A stretch of DNA of 64,000 nt from Eledone cirrhosa (taxonomy: Eukaryota): assembly GCA_964016885.1 (NCBI GenBank), contig OZ024740.1, positions 292,702,001 through 292,766,000 on the forward strand, written 5' to 3'. This document shows positions 23,668-36,477 of this stretch, piece by piece (position 1 is the first letter of the stretch; each line of letters opens with the position of its first letter). The notes under the pieces are model-generated. The model searched no databases, had not been told where the DNA came from, and was given only the letters and a program-made list of their open reading frames with translations. The position numbers and the translations under genes are program-made.

Positions 23668-25094
23668 GAATTTGTCGACCTTGAAAAGGCATATGACCGC
23701 GTTATTCGGGACCTGCTGTGGAAGGTTCTGCAGGAGTATGGTATCAATGGCGTCAGATGATATTTGTTTGGACATCTTCTGCTTAATTGGATGGCATTAG
23801 GTCAATGAAAGCATATTTCATGATTTAAAAATTTAACATGTAAAGTGCGAGTTTGCCTTTTATACCTACCTCCCTTCTGATTACCGAATGCTGAAGCTGG
23901 TGCATTATTGCGTTCAAGCGTGGTGGATTGGCAGTATCGGTAGATGGTCGGATGCCATTCTTTGCAGCATAGAGTTACAGCTCTTTATGATATGAGTTCA
24001 AATCCCGCCGAGGTTCATTTTGCCTTTCATCCTTATGGGGTCGATAAAATAAAGTACCAGTCACGCATTGGGGTCGATATAATTGACTTTCCCCTCCCCC
24101 CAAATTGCTGGCCTTGTGCCTATATAAGAAACCATTATTGCACTAGTTCCTCCAATTCTTGCACTTAATTCAGCCTTCTGCTTTCCATCCCCGAGATACT
24201 TGAATTTCTCTACCTGCTTCAGTGGAACTTCACTTACATGTACAGTGCACTGCGCAGGCTTCCTTGAGAGGACGAATGTCTGTTTTCGCAGCACTGATTT
24301 TCATTCTAGCCATGCAGCACTCGGCATCAAACCTATCGAGTGCAAGTCGGTGATTACCTTCTGTCGAATCAACACCATCTCGTCTGGAAATTCCGGCCTA
24401 CCGATTTTACACCCACCTGTCCTGATACCACTTCCAATCCGGCTGTGCATGTCAATCCTGTTCATGTAAATACTGAACAGGAGAGGTGAAAGTACACACC
24501 CTTGGCGGAGTCCGATTCCCACATTGAATGGTTTTGATTTAACACCATTTATCCGAACACAAATACTCGGGCATTCGTATAGAGACATCACGGCAGCAAG
24601 AAACTGACCATCGATCTCATACTCCTGTAGAACCTTCCACAGCAGGTTTCCAGGAACGTGGTCATATGCCTTTTCAAATTCTTCTATTTGGTATGCTTGT
24701 TAACTCTTACCTATAGTAATAAATATTGGGTAATGACCGGAAGAATATGATCGCGTACACAAGCGGCCGAAATGGGGTCCCCCTGAAGGGTCTTTGGAGT
24801 AACGCTACTCAATAAAGTGCGGAGTTCGGAGATCAGAGTGTCACACCAGGTAGAGTCGCTACTTCTCCGAACTGAGAGATCACAGCTCCGATAGTATGGA
24901 CATGTGGTTAGAATGTCTCAGGAAAGAATCACTGGATAGATTTTACCGGCAAAACCAACCGACAGGAGACCCAGAGGTAGACCTCGAGCAAGATGGTTGG
25001 ATAACATCCATGAGCTTGGTTGGGGATCTAGCCGGACCAGATGGAAATGGTTGCTTTTGACAGGACCCTCTGCTTCCATGACTCTTGCCGGAAG

Positions 25095-25123
<29 letters not shown>
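23668..25123. mobile_element. Rearranged RTE LINE pieces (minus RT segment, plus 3' end with (GAA)n tail) interrupted by a SINE at 23921-24138
   Basis: DLEKAYDR, GLRQGCVLSPLLF, QVEKFKYLG and RRPRGRPRARW. Confidence 0.8.
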
Positions 25124-25127
<4 letters not shown>

Positions 25128-25337
25128 AGTGAAATTATATATGTGGCAGTAGAAATGCAAAACTAGTCAACAATGGCACTTTATTTTATTGACCCCCAGA
25201 AGGATGAAAGCTGAAGTTGACTTCGGCGAGAAAGAACATAAAAAGCCTTAACCAGATGCTACGAAGCATTTTATCTGACGCTCAGAACACAGAACGTAAA
25301 ACTAGTCAATAATGATTGATATGTTTTTCAGTAGCAA

Positions 25338-25530
25338 ACGTGAGGCCTAGTGGTAAGGGTGTTAGGCTTGCGATCACAATGCCGTTGCTTCAGTATACTC
25401 AGCTGATAATGAGTACCAGTAATAGCTAGGGGTTTAATCATGCGATGGACTGGCGTCATGTCTAGGGAGTGTTTTGTATATTCAGTCGCTCCACGCCACC
25501 AAACCGGGATAAGCACCAGACTAATGAGCT
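25338..25530 (+). mobile_element. tRNA SINE with V-like domain, internally deleted
   Basis: ggcctagtggtaagg head; gcgatggactggcgtc..gtctaggg; homolog of 31210. Confidence 0.75.
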
Positions 25531-27257
25531 TTACCAAATGCGGGATATAATTGCAGATTCAATTTGCTTACTTTGAAAACTTCCTAGTGAAACGTATTAT
25601 TTCTTGGTAAGTAGGGTATGGATTAGCTGAATAGTTAGGGCATCGTAAAAATTGATTTGCAGCATTTAGTTACGGTCCTTTTTGTTCTGAATTCAAATCC
25701 CACCGAGGTCAACTTTGCCTTTCAGCCTTCTGGAGTCGATAAAATAAAATATAAGTCATATACTGGAGTCTATGCAATCGAGTTTTCTCTTCTCGAAAAT
25801 TGTTGACCTTGTGCCTAAAGTAGAAATCATTATCTGCTCTGTAACTTGTTTGAATATTAGCAAATACATCGCTAAGTATGCTACTTCCCCTTGCACTTGT
25901 TGGCATGGCATTAGAGAAATATAGTCAGATTATATTTGTAGTATTAGTTCTTGGAAGAAGTAGCAGGAATCAAAGCAAACTGGTTGTCTTAGAATATTTA
26001 GAGTATCATGTGTACATAAAGAAAATATTGGCTTGCAACTTCAAATAGAATGATGAAATGTAAATAAGAATAAAAAGAAGAAATTGTTTCAGAGTTCCTT
26101 TTGAATTATCAGTGATCAAAGACAGAATCCATTGTTTGGTTGGAGTCTTAAAAGTTAAGCATATACACTCTTAATGGAAACAACATATACGCCTCTGGTG
26201 ATAAGTTTCTTTCTTGTATAATACCATGAATTCTCAGTGTCAAAATATTGTCGAATATTCCAGGAAGTTATTTAATATTCAGCATTCGCTGTTCATGATA
26301 TGGTAAATGGAATAATTGTTTCTACTTTTGGCCAGCAATTACCCAGTGTATTACTGGTACTTTATTTTATCGACCCCATAAGGGTAAATGGAATAATGAA
26401 AGGTTGTTTGAAACAACTTTTTGAAAGTATTTGAAAAACAATTTGAAAAAGGAAATGTATAATTCTTTTTAATGTATACAGAGCAATAAAACGATGTAAT
26501 TTGTACATAAATTTAATGGTGTAGAAGTATATTAAAAATAACAGCCAGTGATTTAACAATATTAACAAAAGGGAATCATTGGAAAAGACATTTAGCCTTT
26601 TGAGAGTAGACATATAGCAATGGCTGTCACAGCCTTCAGTATGTACAGCAGATCAAAGCAGAAAGATAATAGACTATATAATTTCAAAATATAAAGAAAA
26701 ATTAGATGCATGTTTAACCAGAAATAGAATTCTCAGTATTCTTATTTGATGAACAGGAATGAAATTCTGTGGAAGCCATCATTTTTTTTTTGTTATCTTT
26801 CATTATTCAGTCCAGTTTTTTTTCTCAATTCTTAAAAACCTTTTTTCGTTAACATTTTCCCTAATATTTAACAAATAAAAACGTGAAAACGATTAATTCA
26901 ATGTTAAGAAATTTTCTTAGGTTGTCCGGAGGCTCAGTGTAGAATTAAGCAGCCATTAAACATTCAAATGGTGTATGGATTTACTATTGATGCCATCAAA
27001 GGTTTGTCAGTTTATCATCAAAGTTTTGATAATATTGATAGAAAGCGAGCTGAATAAGTAATGCTTGAAATTAAACATTGGAATAAATCAACCAACCTTG
27101 TAATTCTTATATAACATATAATTTTACTAAGAACTTGCATATTACGGTTATATATCATGCCAACTCACACACGTTGTTATATATATATATATTGACTGTT
27201 GTTTCATGTAAACAAACATTCGTCTCATTCTGACGTCACTAGCCCTGTTTTTCCACA

Positions 27258-27693
27258 TGTGCGTTTTATTTTCATAATCACGCATGATGTTAAACTAGCC
27301 TGCTTTTAAATTCCCTTTTTGGCATATTAATCAGTGAGAATTTGGCTATCGTGTTGAGCTCTGCTGATGATCGTATTCCAACCGTGACCATCTCCACTGA
27401 AAGTTTACGTGAAATAGTCTTTTTCAAGACTATACAGAGCATTTGTAGTTGTCCCACATTGAAGGATGAGTATTTTAAACTTTATTTTATCATGAGTTAA
27501 GGCTCTATTGATTTTTCCCTGGATTTCACTAAATTCTGTTGGATAAATCTATATCCTGATTCTTTTTGAATTGAGTTTGAATTATTTTCCCCACATCTTA
27601 CGTTAACTCTTTTCCCATTTTGACGCTATAGTCACTTATATATTATGGAATACTGTTGGCTTCTTGCTACAATACTTTCTATACCTTTCATTT
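27258..27693 (+). mobile_element. Non-coding hammerhead-bearing element (family B)
   Basis: Homolog of 6841-7270; 3' end runs into (TA)n. Confidence 0.8.
27358..27440 (+). ncRNA. Hammerhead ribozyme type I
   Basis: gctctg-CTGATGA-t cgta...tacg t-GAAA-TAGTCtttttcaaGACTA-TA-cagagc. Confidence 0.85.
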
Positions 27694-27859
27694 ATATATA
27701 TATATATCCGCATGTCAATATGTCGCCCCTACAACTTCCTTAGGAGTTACGGGTTCATATATATAAACACACACACATATATATATATGTGTGTGTATAT
27801 ATACATATGTGTGTATGCATATATATTATAAAATGACAGGAGGCTGGACTGGTGTAATT

Positions 27860-27932
<73 letters not shown>

Positions 27933-30363
27933 TATATGCAAATAAGACGTTGATTGCCCTAACCCTTAAATAAAACACACTCAAAAAATCAATACCAGCC
28001 TCGAACCCAAGCCAGATATAAACGAAACAATTAAACTCGATCTCAAATACCATCTATATTACCGTTAAATTAAGCGTCGATGTACCCTTATTTCCCGTTA
28101 AACCAACCACGGATTCAAACCCCTAGATTCCGTAAACCAACCACTGACTCGCACCAGTCACTGGTATGGAGACAAACATTATCAAGTTGTAGCCGTCATA
28201 TTACATAGCTACACTATCTTAAAACCTATTATTATTTGCAGCGATTACGAACCCATTACGCAACAGACCGTACTTTAGCGTTTCTTTGTATTGCTTGAGC
28301 CACCGAGACAAAATATAAGCTCCCTGCAAACCCCAATAATCTAACAAGGTGATGTCGTGTTCTAGGAAGTTTGCATTAGAAAAGCCATAGCCCATACAAC
28401 AAACACTACATGAAAATAACTGAACTATTATCGAAATAAATGAAATGATCCAAATATATGAATACTACATAAATACAATATCCAAATGAAACATAATATT
28501 AAACACATATTTCAAACAGATAGTTCCAGACTAATTTCAAACTGGTTCAATCCTGATACACACACACACACACACACACACATGTATACACACACGTATA
28601 CATATTTACATACCTACATATACATACATACATACAAAGAGACCATAAATACACAGATAAACGCAGGTATATTGATAAGCTTTAAAGATTGAATACATTC
28701 AATGAGATGCTGCGATGTTTTGACATAATAAACATTAAAATAACATTACATATTATTCATTCGCTTGTATCTTTGAATCTTTAAGTACCAACATTTTTTA
28801 TTGACGAACAAGAATTTGGGTTTCCATTTGAATAGTTATTCAAATGATATACAATTTATCATCTCTTAAAAATAAAACATCACTGATAGCGATACTGACA
28901 TTTAATATATTTATACATCAATGCTTATATGTGTTGCATTGCTTATATGATATGGACATACGTTGATATATTCCTATGCATGTTGATGTGAATGAGGCGT
29001 ACAGTAATATGCACATTTACACAAATCTATTAAATTGATAACATTAGCATTTGCACATACACTCACACGCATACATATGCTCCACCGTTGAGTGAATAAA
29101 ACTGTTTCCTACACCGGGATGGCTAACACGATCTACATGTGACGTATTTTTAGTAATTTTTAATATTTTAAAATAACATACTTGCACATACGAATAACAT
29201 ACATCCGGCTGTGTTTTTAGTATAAGTATGTACTAACCCTCCATAAATACATGCATGCATGTACAAATCGTGTCACTTTGACTTCGGAGTTAGAATTTTA
29301 ACAAATCATTTTGTTTCAGTTGACAATTCCATATTAATAAAATTGAATTGTGATCAAAAAGTGAAACCAGAAGAAAGGGCTAATAGAATTGAAAATTAAA
29401 TTACGTACTTAAACCAATAAACATTCTACATTTAAAATTAAATTTTGGATATCTTGACTAAGTCCTATGTTCTACAAACGACACTGCAGCTGAATGACTC
29501 TCCCCCTCTAAAACTTATACAACCGACACCTACCACATTGGTGCGCACAAACTTCAAGACGTCATAATAAAAAGTGAAGTGTCAAAGATGAACTGGCAGC
29601 AAAAATTTGAAAGAGACCTATGGCTGGCCAATCATCAGGCGGTCAATGTATTGGCTATCACAAAGAGCGGAAACTACTGGAGTGATCCTGTACCTTATAA
29701 GTTTCAAGGCGTGGATAGAACTGTCCTTGAATTTGTGTCCCTTCATTCTTGATATATTAAGGGATCTCAGAATTACAATGAAAGACATTTTAATTTAAAA
29801 TGATAATGAAAGCTTTATAATTTCAGATTATAATTATTATTTGAAAACATTTTAATTATAAAAACATAATTTTATATTATGTTTGTTTGTAATTTTAATT
29901 CTAATTATGAAACCATTATATCTTCAAATTCTATTTGTATAATTATAAATACATGTTAAGATTAGGAAAAAAGTTTTTAATTATAAACTATTATAAAATT
30001 TAAGTCATATTTATAATTATATTTATAGTTATAATTACGAAAACATGTTATAATTATAAAAAATATTATAATCATAACTATGAGTATGAACATATGTTAT
30101 AATTATAAAAATATAATTATGTTTTACTTATGAAAATGTTTTAAAAGTTTGAAATTTTAAATTTAACTCTCCTGCCAAAAATGAAAAGGAAATTCTTGTA
30201 TCTAAATTCTTATCCTTGCTGTGTTTATACGTATATGCACGCACTAACCCGCATCCACATATTCAAAAATCCATGGAGCTATCGTGAATTAAATAAGGAA
30301 GCCTTGTCCCTTTGTTAGTGACCGGCTTGAACTCTGCGAAGAACAATATAAATAAATCCGAAG

Positions 30364-30400
<37 letters not shown>

Positions 30401-30491
30401 TAAATAGGTAGAGACATAAATAAATAAACATACATTTATATGCTGACATACAGACATACGTTCATGCATACAAAAATGCTTTCTGAACATA

Positions 30492-30708
30492 CGAGGGCGT
30501 GCTGAAAAGTTCCTGGCTTGGTCGCTGTTGCAGAGGCCTGACTGGAGGCCCAACCTTCCGAGTTCTTTTTATAGAGCTAAGAAAAACTAAAGGAACGCTG
30601 CAATAAGTGTGTGAATCTGAGAAGGGAATATGCTGAATAAATTCATAATCAACTGATCCTCCTGTATTTTCTTTTACCCAAAGCCAGGAACTTTTCAGTA
30701 CGCCCTCG
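30492..30708. mobile_element. Mariner-type MITE (217 bp), TA target duplication
   Basis: TIR cgagggcgtgctgaaaagttcctggctt / aagccaggaacttttcagtacgccctcg; TA on both sides. Confidence 0.9.
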
Positions 30709-30781
30709 TAGTATGTCCGCTTAAATTGAAAGTTACTGGAAGAATATGGTCGACTGATTGTATGAAAATATTTCTGAAAGT

Positions 30782-31030
30782 TTATATTTTGATAGAAATG
30801 ACGCCGGTGATTTGCAAGATGGAGAACAATAGATAAAGTATCCACATAATAAATGTACAAGCAGCTGAGATATATTTTGAGGTAGTTGGACCACCTAGTT
30901 CTGCTTTGCCAAACATTGGATGCAAACGACGCAAAACGAGAAGACTCATCGTCAAAGCAGAGAATATAGTATACAGTACGACGGTGAATGCCAGACTTTC
31001 GGTCTTGCCTTCAAAATTGAATTTGGTACC
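30782..31030 (-). CDS. SLC8A: Na+/Ca2+ exchanger (SLC8/NCX-like), last coding exon
   Basis: cag acceptor; GTKFNFEGKTESLAFTVVLYTIF...LLVLRR...FGKAELGGP..SKYISA...MWILYLLFSILQ..G; TAA at 30784-30782; missed by the ORF track. Confidence 0.93.
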   Translation of the reverse strand, partial: GTKFNFEGKTESLAFTVVLYTIFSALTMSLLVLRRLHPMFGKAELGGPTTSKYISAACTFIMWILYLLFSILQITGVISIKI

Positions 31031-31209
31031 CTGTATGATAGAAAGAGAAACGTAGAATTATAATCTGATCTTTTTTTTGTTGATTTGTACAAAATCTAAT
31101 ATATATAAAGATGTATGTATGAACAAAGTTAATGAATTCTTCGCAGGCTTACTCTGAGTGTTACATTGTTCGATCAATGGAACCATTTACTTACTATATC
31201 ATAGCTTAA

Positions 31210-31465
31210 GTGGAGGTGAATGGCCTAGTGGTAAGGGTGTTGGACGTACGATCATGATGTCGTAGGTTGATTTCTGGATTGGGCTGTGTGTTGTGTTCTT
31301 GAGCAAAACACTTCATTTCACATTGCTCTAGTATACTCAGCTGAAAATGAGTACCAGCAATAGCTGGGGGTTTAAACCTGTGATGGACTGGCGTCATGTC
31401 CAGGGGAAGTTTTGTATTCTCAGTCGCTTCACACCATGAAACCGGGAAAGCACTGGCTTGATGAA
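31210..31465 (+). mobile_element. tRNA SINE with CORE-like and V-like domains
   Basis: ggcctagtggtaagggtgttgg head; gtgttcttgagcaaaacacttcatttcac; cctgtgatggactggcgtcatgtccaggg. Confidence 0.8.
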
Positions 31466-31731
31466 CCTCCTGGATTGTGACGTTAGAGAGACTCAGAGAT
31501 CATAGTTAAAGTGACGGAGTAGTAAACACACACAAAGCAATCGATTTAGCAGAGTCATCAGAGCATTGGATATTTGTTGTGTTTTGAGTTCAAATCCACC
31601 TGAGTTCACTCTGCCTTTCATCATTTTGGGGTCTATAAATCAAGTAAGAACGCAGTGTTTGTGCAGCCCTCTTTCCCTTAAACTGCCGCATTGTATGTAT
31701 AAGTGAAAAACATAAAAAGAACTGCCATGAA

Positions 31732-31979
31732 TGAGAGAGAGGCAGAGAGACAGAAAGATAGAAAGATAGAAAGATAGAGAGGAGAGACACAGAGAATGAG
31801 AGAGATAGAGGGAAGAGAGAAGGAGAAACATAGAGAATGAGAGAGATAGAGAGGGGTGTGAGAGAATGAGAGACATAGAGAATAAGAGAGAGAGAAGGAG
31901 AGATACAGAGAATGAGAAAGATAAAGGAGAGAGAGAAGGAGAGACACAGAGAATAAGAGAGATAAAGGAGAGAGAGAAG

Positions 31980-32031
<52 letters not shown>

Positions 32032-32070
32032 AGTGACATAGAGAATGAGAGAAAGACAGAGAGAAAATAA
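31732..32070. repeat. GA-rich polypurine tract / (GA)n
   Basis: Direct reading. Confidence 0.9.
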
Positions 32071-32243
32071 ACAGAGAATATCAGATATTAATAAGTACAA
32101 TTTTGAGACAGAAAAATAAAAACAAAACAGGCTCACTATAGTGAGCCTGTTTTTTTCTGTCTCAATTACAAACGTTACTATATTAATTTTTAATATTGAC
32201 TTAAGACCATGCATTCTGAGAGCGGATATAGTTGATTCAAAAT

Positions 32244-32398
32244 ACCCCAGTACTTGAGTGGTTCTTCATTTGATTAACCTTAGAAGGATGAAAGTAAAAG
32301 TTGATCACGGCGAGATTTGAACTCAATATATACAGAACCACACCTAAATACTGCAAGGAACTTTGCTTGACGCTCTAATAATCTTGTTGACCCACCGC
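32244..32398 (-). mobile_element. Diverged tRNA SINE (Meta-like)
   Basis: gaaggatgaaag...gatttgaactc. Confidence 0.65.
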
Positions 32399-32453
32399 TT
32401 TCAAAATGTATTTTAGCGACTATGAAAGGAATCTCGTAAAGAATTTCACTCAC

Positions 32454-32783
32454 GTTGGTGTAATGATATATAGAAGCAATAAACCAGGGAAGACCAAGAC
32501 CCAGGAACACATTAACTGCGTTACTTCCATTTATGTTTCCGATGGCATTATCTGCCCATTTCTCTTGCAAAGCTGCCTGTCTGCTGGCGAATGTATCTGG
32601 CATACTGGTTCCTAGAGCAACGAGTGTGATGGCTGTTATACTCTTGTCTAAGTCGATCAAACAACCAAAGATCGAAGCCAAGTCACTGATAAGTGCTGTT
32701 ATAAGACCGATCATAGCTAACGAGAAGACAAATGTTAGCCACCCTCCACATATTGACGGTGGTGGTACAAAAGCGAAAACGAT
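32454..32783 (-). CDS. SLC8A: NCX-like exon: TM6-TM8 with alpha-2 repeat
   Basis: IVFAFVPPP..GGWLTF...DLASIFGC...AITLVALGTSMPDTFAS...ADNAIGNINGSNAVNVFLGLGLPW; tttcag / gtgagt; 330 nt, phase 0-0. Confidence 0.96.
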
Positions 32784-33660
32784 CTGAAACGAGAAGATAT
32801 TTATAATTATAGACTAGAGCTAACATTAATAATTAGATAAATATCTTATTTGTTAGAGCCTAGCATGTGAATTTTAATGTGTAAGACAGTGGCTCCGTTA
32901 TAAATGTTAACACATAAGAGGCGACAAAGGAGATCCAAGTGATTTCACGATTTAACTTTATAGAAGAAAAAGGAATAGCGACTATGAACTTTGCCTGTCA
33001 TCCAAGACTGGCAAGATTTATAGAGTTGTTGTTCAGGTTCAAAATCTGCAAACGGATTCCAGCAGGAAAGACAAGTCCTGGGAGGAAATTCCATTGGGAT
33101 GGTACTCTTGCGAGTGAATTAAATTATATAATTGAACCCTATATACTTTAGGGCCATTATTGTCGAAGATTAGTTTGTTTGATGGTAGAATATAAGTTTA
33201 TTTGTTAAGTTAAATATTTTACTACCCTCGTTCACATACTGTTATAAGAAAAGAAGTCATAACATCACAGGGTTTTCGATTATCCTTCTTTAAAACTTTA
33301 AAACACAGCAAAATGATTTTATCGTCATTGACATATAATACTGCATACTATGTAACATAAAGTCTTTTTTTAAATTCTTGTTACTCTGGAGTTTCACTTG
33401 TTTATCACAGGGGCTCTCAGCCAGCCATTTTCCAAATATGGATATATATATTTAAAACACAGCAAAATGATTTTATCGTACTTTGCTTAATTAAAAAAAC
33501 AAAAACAGTAACAGGTATTATAAGCTATCCAGTAATGATAGTATCCGAATTAGCCACAGTTGCACATGCAGGAATAAAGATTCATGCTACTCCAAACAGA
33601 ACCACAGTAGGGAAGCAGTAAATTATCTACTTATGTAAACTTAGTTAATAATAGCTTAGG

Positions 33661-33774
33661 TACGGCTTGAGCTCTGCCGTCGGGGTCATACCTTTTCCTA
33701 TTACCCACTCTACTACCCTAAGTATTGAGTACTCTGGTGCGTTATGGTCCATCTGGTTCCTTACCACAATTCCT

Positions 33775-33778
<4 letters not shown>
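33661..33778 (+). mobile_element. PLE 3'-end remnant (family A)
   Basis: Near-identical to 6076-6190, followed by (TA)n. Confidence 0.75.
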
Positions 33779-33826
<48 letters not shown>

Positions 33827-34008
33827 GCGAAAGAACATTTTTCACATGGTGTTTTCTTTTCATTTACTGACACTTACTGACACGGCAGCCAAGAAGTCAC
33901 ATGTGACCTCGCAGAGACGATAATAGATACATTCTCCCGAGGGTAGGATTTACGGCACACTTCTTGGGTCATCTATTATCTATCAAAAATAACTAGCCGT
34001 CATTATAA

Positions 34009-34189
34009 ATGGCAGTATCGGTAGAGGGTCGGACGCCATTCTTTGCAGCAAAGAGTTACGGGCCTTTATGGTCTGAGTTCAAATCCCGCCGAGGTTAACT
34101 TTGCCTTTCATCCTTACGGGGTCAATAAAATAAAGTACCAGTAATACACTGGGATAATTGCTGGCCTTGTGCCAAAAGTAGAAACAATT
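34009..34189 (+). mobile_element. tRNA-derived SINE (Meta-like)
   Basis: Near full-length copy. Confidence 0.88.
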
Positions 34190-34578
34190 ATAAATAGGCT
34201 GTCATGTGGTCCTAACTCATCCAGTCATGTGCCTCTTCTCCAATACGACACAGTTTCCCTGTCCCTGCGCTTGTGCAACACAACCTTACCAATAGAGTTT
34301 ACCTCTGCTAGTATATACTGTCTGACTAGAACTTGTTACTTTTAAGGAGAACATGGCAGCATAGTAAACAAAGAGACTCCTGCACAAAGACACTCCTGCC
34401 AGATTGAACACTATATTCATTTGTGAACACTATAATCAAACATATTTACGATTCGAAGTAAACCTATTTTTTCCTTTTTGCTGAAGTGAAGTAGAGTTAT
34501 AAATTCAACCAGAATTAATAGTATTTGTCGTGTTTATCATCCTCCTCCACGATAATCAAAACTTTTCTTCATATATAC

Positions 34579-34757
34579 CTTCCAGAAAAATGTGAAAAAA
34601 TGCATGCCATAATCCATGTTTGATGCATTTTCGATATCACCTCCATTGACGTTCATGGCCTGTTTGAATTGCTGACCCCACGTCGCGCTTTCTAGCTTCA
34701 AAGAATCCAAATTCTGTTTAGTCAAATTAGCAATCCGACTGACCATGCTGTTAAACT
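34579..34757 (-). CDS. SLC8A: NCX-like exon: post-CBD2 linker
   Basis: (E)FNSMVSRIANLT...TWGQQFKQAMNVNGGDIENA...DYGMHFFTFFWK; ccccag / gtatat; 179 nt, phase 1-0. Confidence 0.95.
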
Positions 34758-35281
34758 CTGGGGAAGAGGAATAGAAAAGTATAAAATAATTTAAAACAAT
34801 AAAAATTGAGTGCAATAGGGACATAATTATTTCGACACATATCTTTGGAGGGTTCCTGTTGCGTATTATGTATGAATGTAGTATGGAATTTAGACTGGAA
34901 ACCGACATAAAACCCTGTATTTTGATTTCGTCTGAGGATATGGACTATATTAAAGTATATTTTATGCCAGTAATAACATTTGTCCCGGGTTAAAAACTCC
35001 AGGAAACTAAACGATAGAAAACTTTTACAGGGTGACTAATTTTATGTATAATGAACCAATGGATACGACTCCGCATACATATTCACAGGCCCCATTGTGT
35101 TGGCACTCTAGTTTTTAATGTTGGATCGTCAACCAAATTCATATACAATTTTGTTTATATCTGAATATGTATCTTTCGGTATGCAGGAAAGGTAAGCTAA
35201 TCGCTATGATTCTTAAAGACGGCGAAACTAATTGGTTCGATATTAATTTCATGCGGTTTAATTTTACAGTGTGACTAAATG

Positions 35282-35380
35282 CAGGGTGCCCCCCAAAATG
35301 TATACACACTTCAAAAGCATTCTAATAAATATTGCCTGTGCAGGTAATCAAAGTGTGTATACATTTTTTGGGACATCCTG
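35282..35380. mobile_element. Tc1-type mini-MITE
   Basis: cagggtgccccccaaaatgtatacacactt / aagtgtgtatacattttttgggacatcctg; TA at right end. Confidence 0.75.
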
Positions 35381-35978
35381 TATAAGATCGTTAAACGTAT
35401 AGTTATGACTCCGGATAAAGAAGAATCTAAAAGTGTTTAGATTGAGAATCATGTAATAAAGTGACCAGAAAAAAAGAGAATGTTCCGTGTAGAGCGAGTG
35501 TGGAATTAATTCTCTGAAATTTATGTTATTTACTTCACAGCTCTCTGATGTGTTTCGTAGAAAATGTGTAATTAAATTAAATGTGATAAAACATATATGC
35601 ATTAAATAAGTAAATTGTTAGTAGTAGACTTAATCCGTCAATCTATTTAAGTCTACCCTCTCTTGGTCAGTGTATGGCTTGTATAGAGTCGAAGCATTCA
35701 AGTCAAGCGACCGATCCGAGGAAAACGTTTTCCTCGGTCACTTTTCAGGAGGCTCTGATTATCACGGGCCCTTCCCTTTCTCTAATTAAGCCATATATAT
35801 ATATTATAGTACCTACTGACACACTAGTTTGTGGTGGTGACACTATGATTTGTGTGGAAATTGCAATAATCCATCCAGAGGCAACTGGTTAGGGAGTGCA
35901 ATGTTTTATGCCTGCTCTGATTCGTTCTTTACAGAACTCGCTTTTTAAACACAGACACACAACCACATGTATATAGTA

Positions 35979-36162
35979 ATAATTGTTTCTACTTTTGGCA
36001 CAAGGCCAGCAATTATCCCAGTGTATTACTGGTACTTTATTTTATCGACCCCGTAAGGATGAAAGGCAAAGTTAACCTCGGCGGGATTTGAACTCAGACC
36101 ATAAAGGGCCGTAACTCTATGCTGCAAAGCATGGTGTCCGACCCTTTACCGATATTGACAAT
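35979..36162 (-). mobile_element. tRNA-derived SINE (Meta-like)
   Basis: Full reverse copy, highly similar to 34009-34189. Confidence 0.88.
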
Positions 36163-36204
36163 CCAAATAAATACAAAGACCAAAATCCAGGGGCCACTCT
36201 ATAA

Positions 36205-36247
<43 letters not shown>

Positions 36248-36320
36248 GTAAGTATGTATGTATACGTACATACATATATGTATACAAACGTACAGAAGTA
36301 TGTATATATATACATACATG

Positions 36321-36355
<35 letters not shown>

Positions 36356-36434
36356 GTATGGGTTTACCGAATATTTATTATAATGTTTGCTTTGTTTGTA
36401 AACAAACAAACAGCCCGAATTACGCCGTACAGGA

Positions 36435-36477
36435 ACGATGTACTAGTTTCAAGCTTATTAGCTATCGTCAGCATCGT
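36435..36477 (-). ncRNA. Minimal hammerhead ribozyme (sense to NCX pre-mRNA)
   Basis: acgatg-CTGACGA-t agct aata agct t-GAAA-CTAG-TA-catcgt. Confidence 0.85.
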
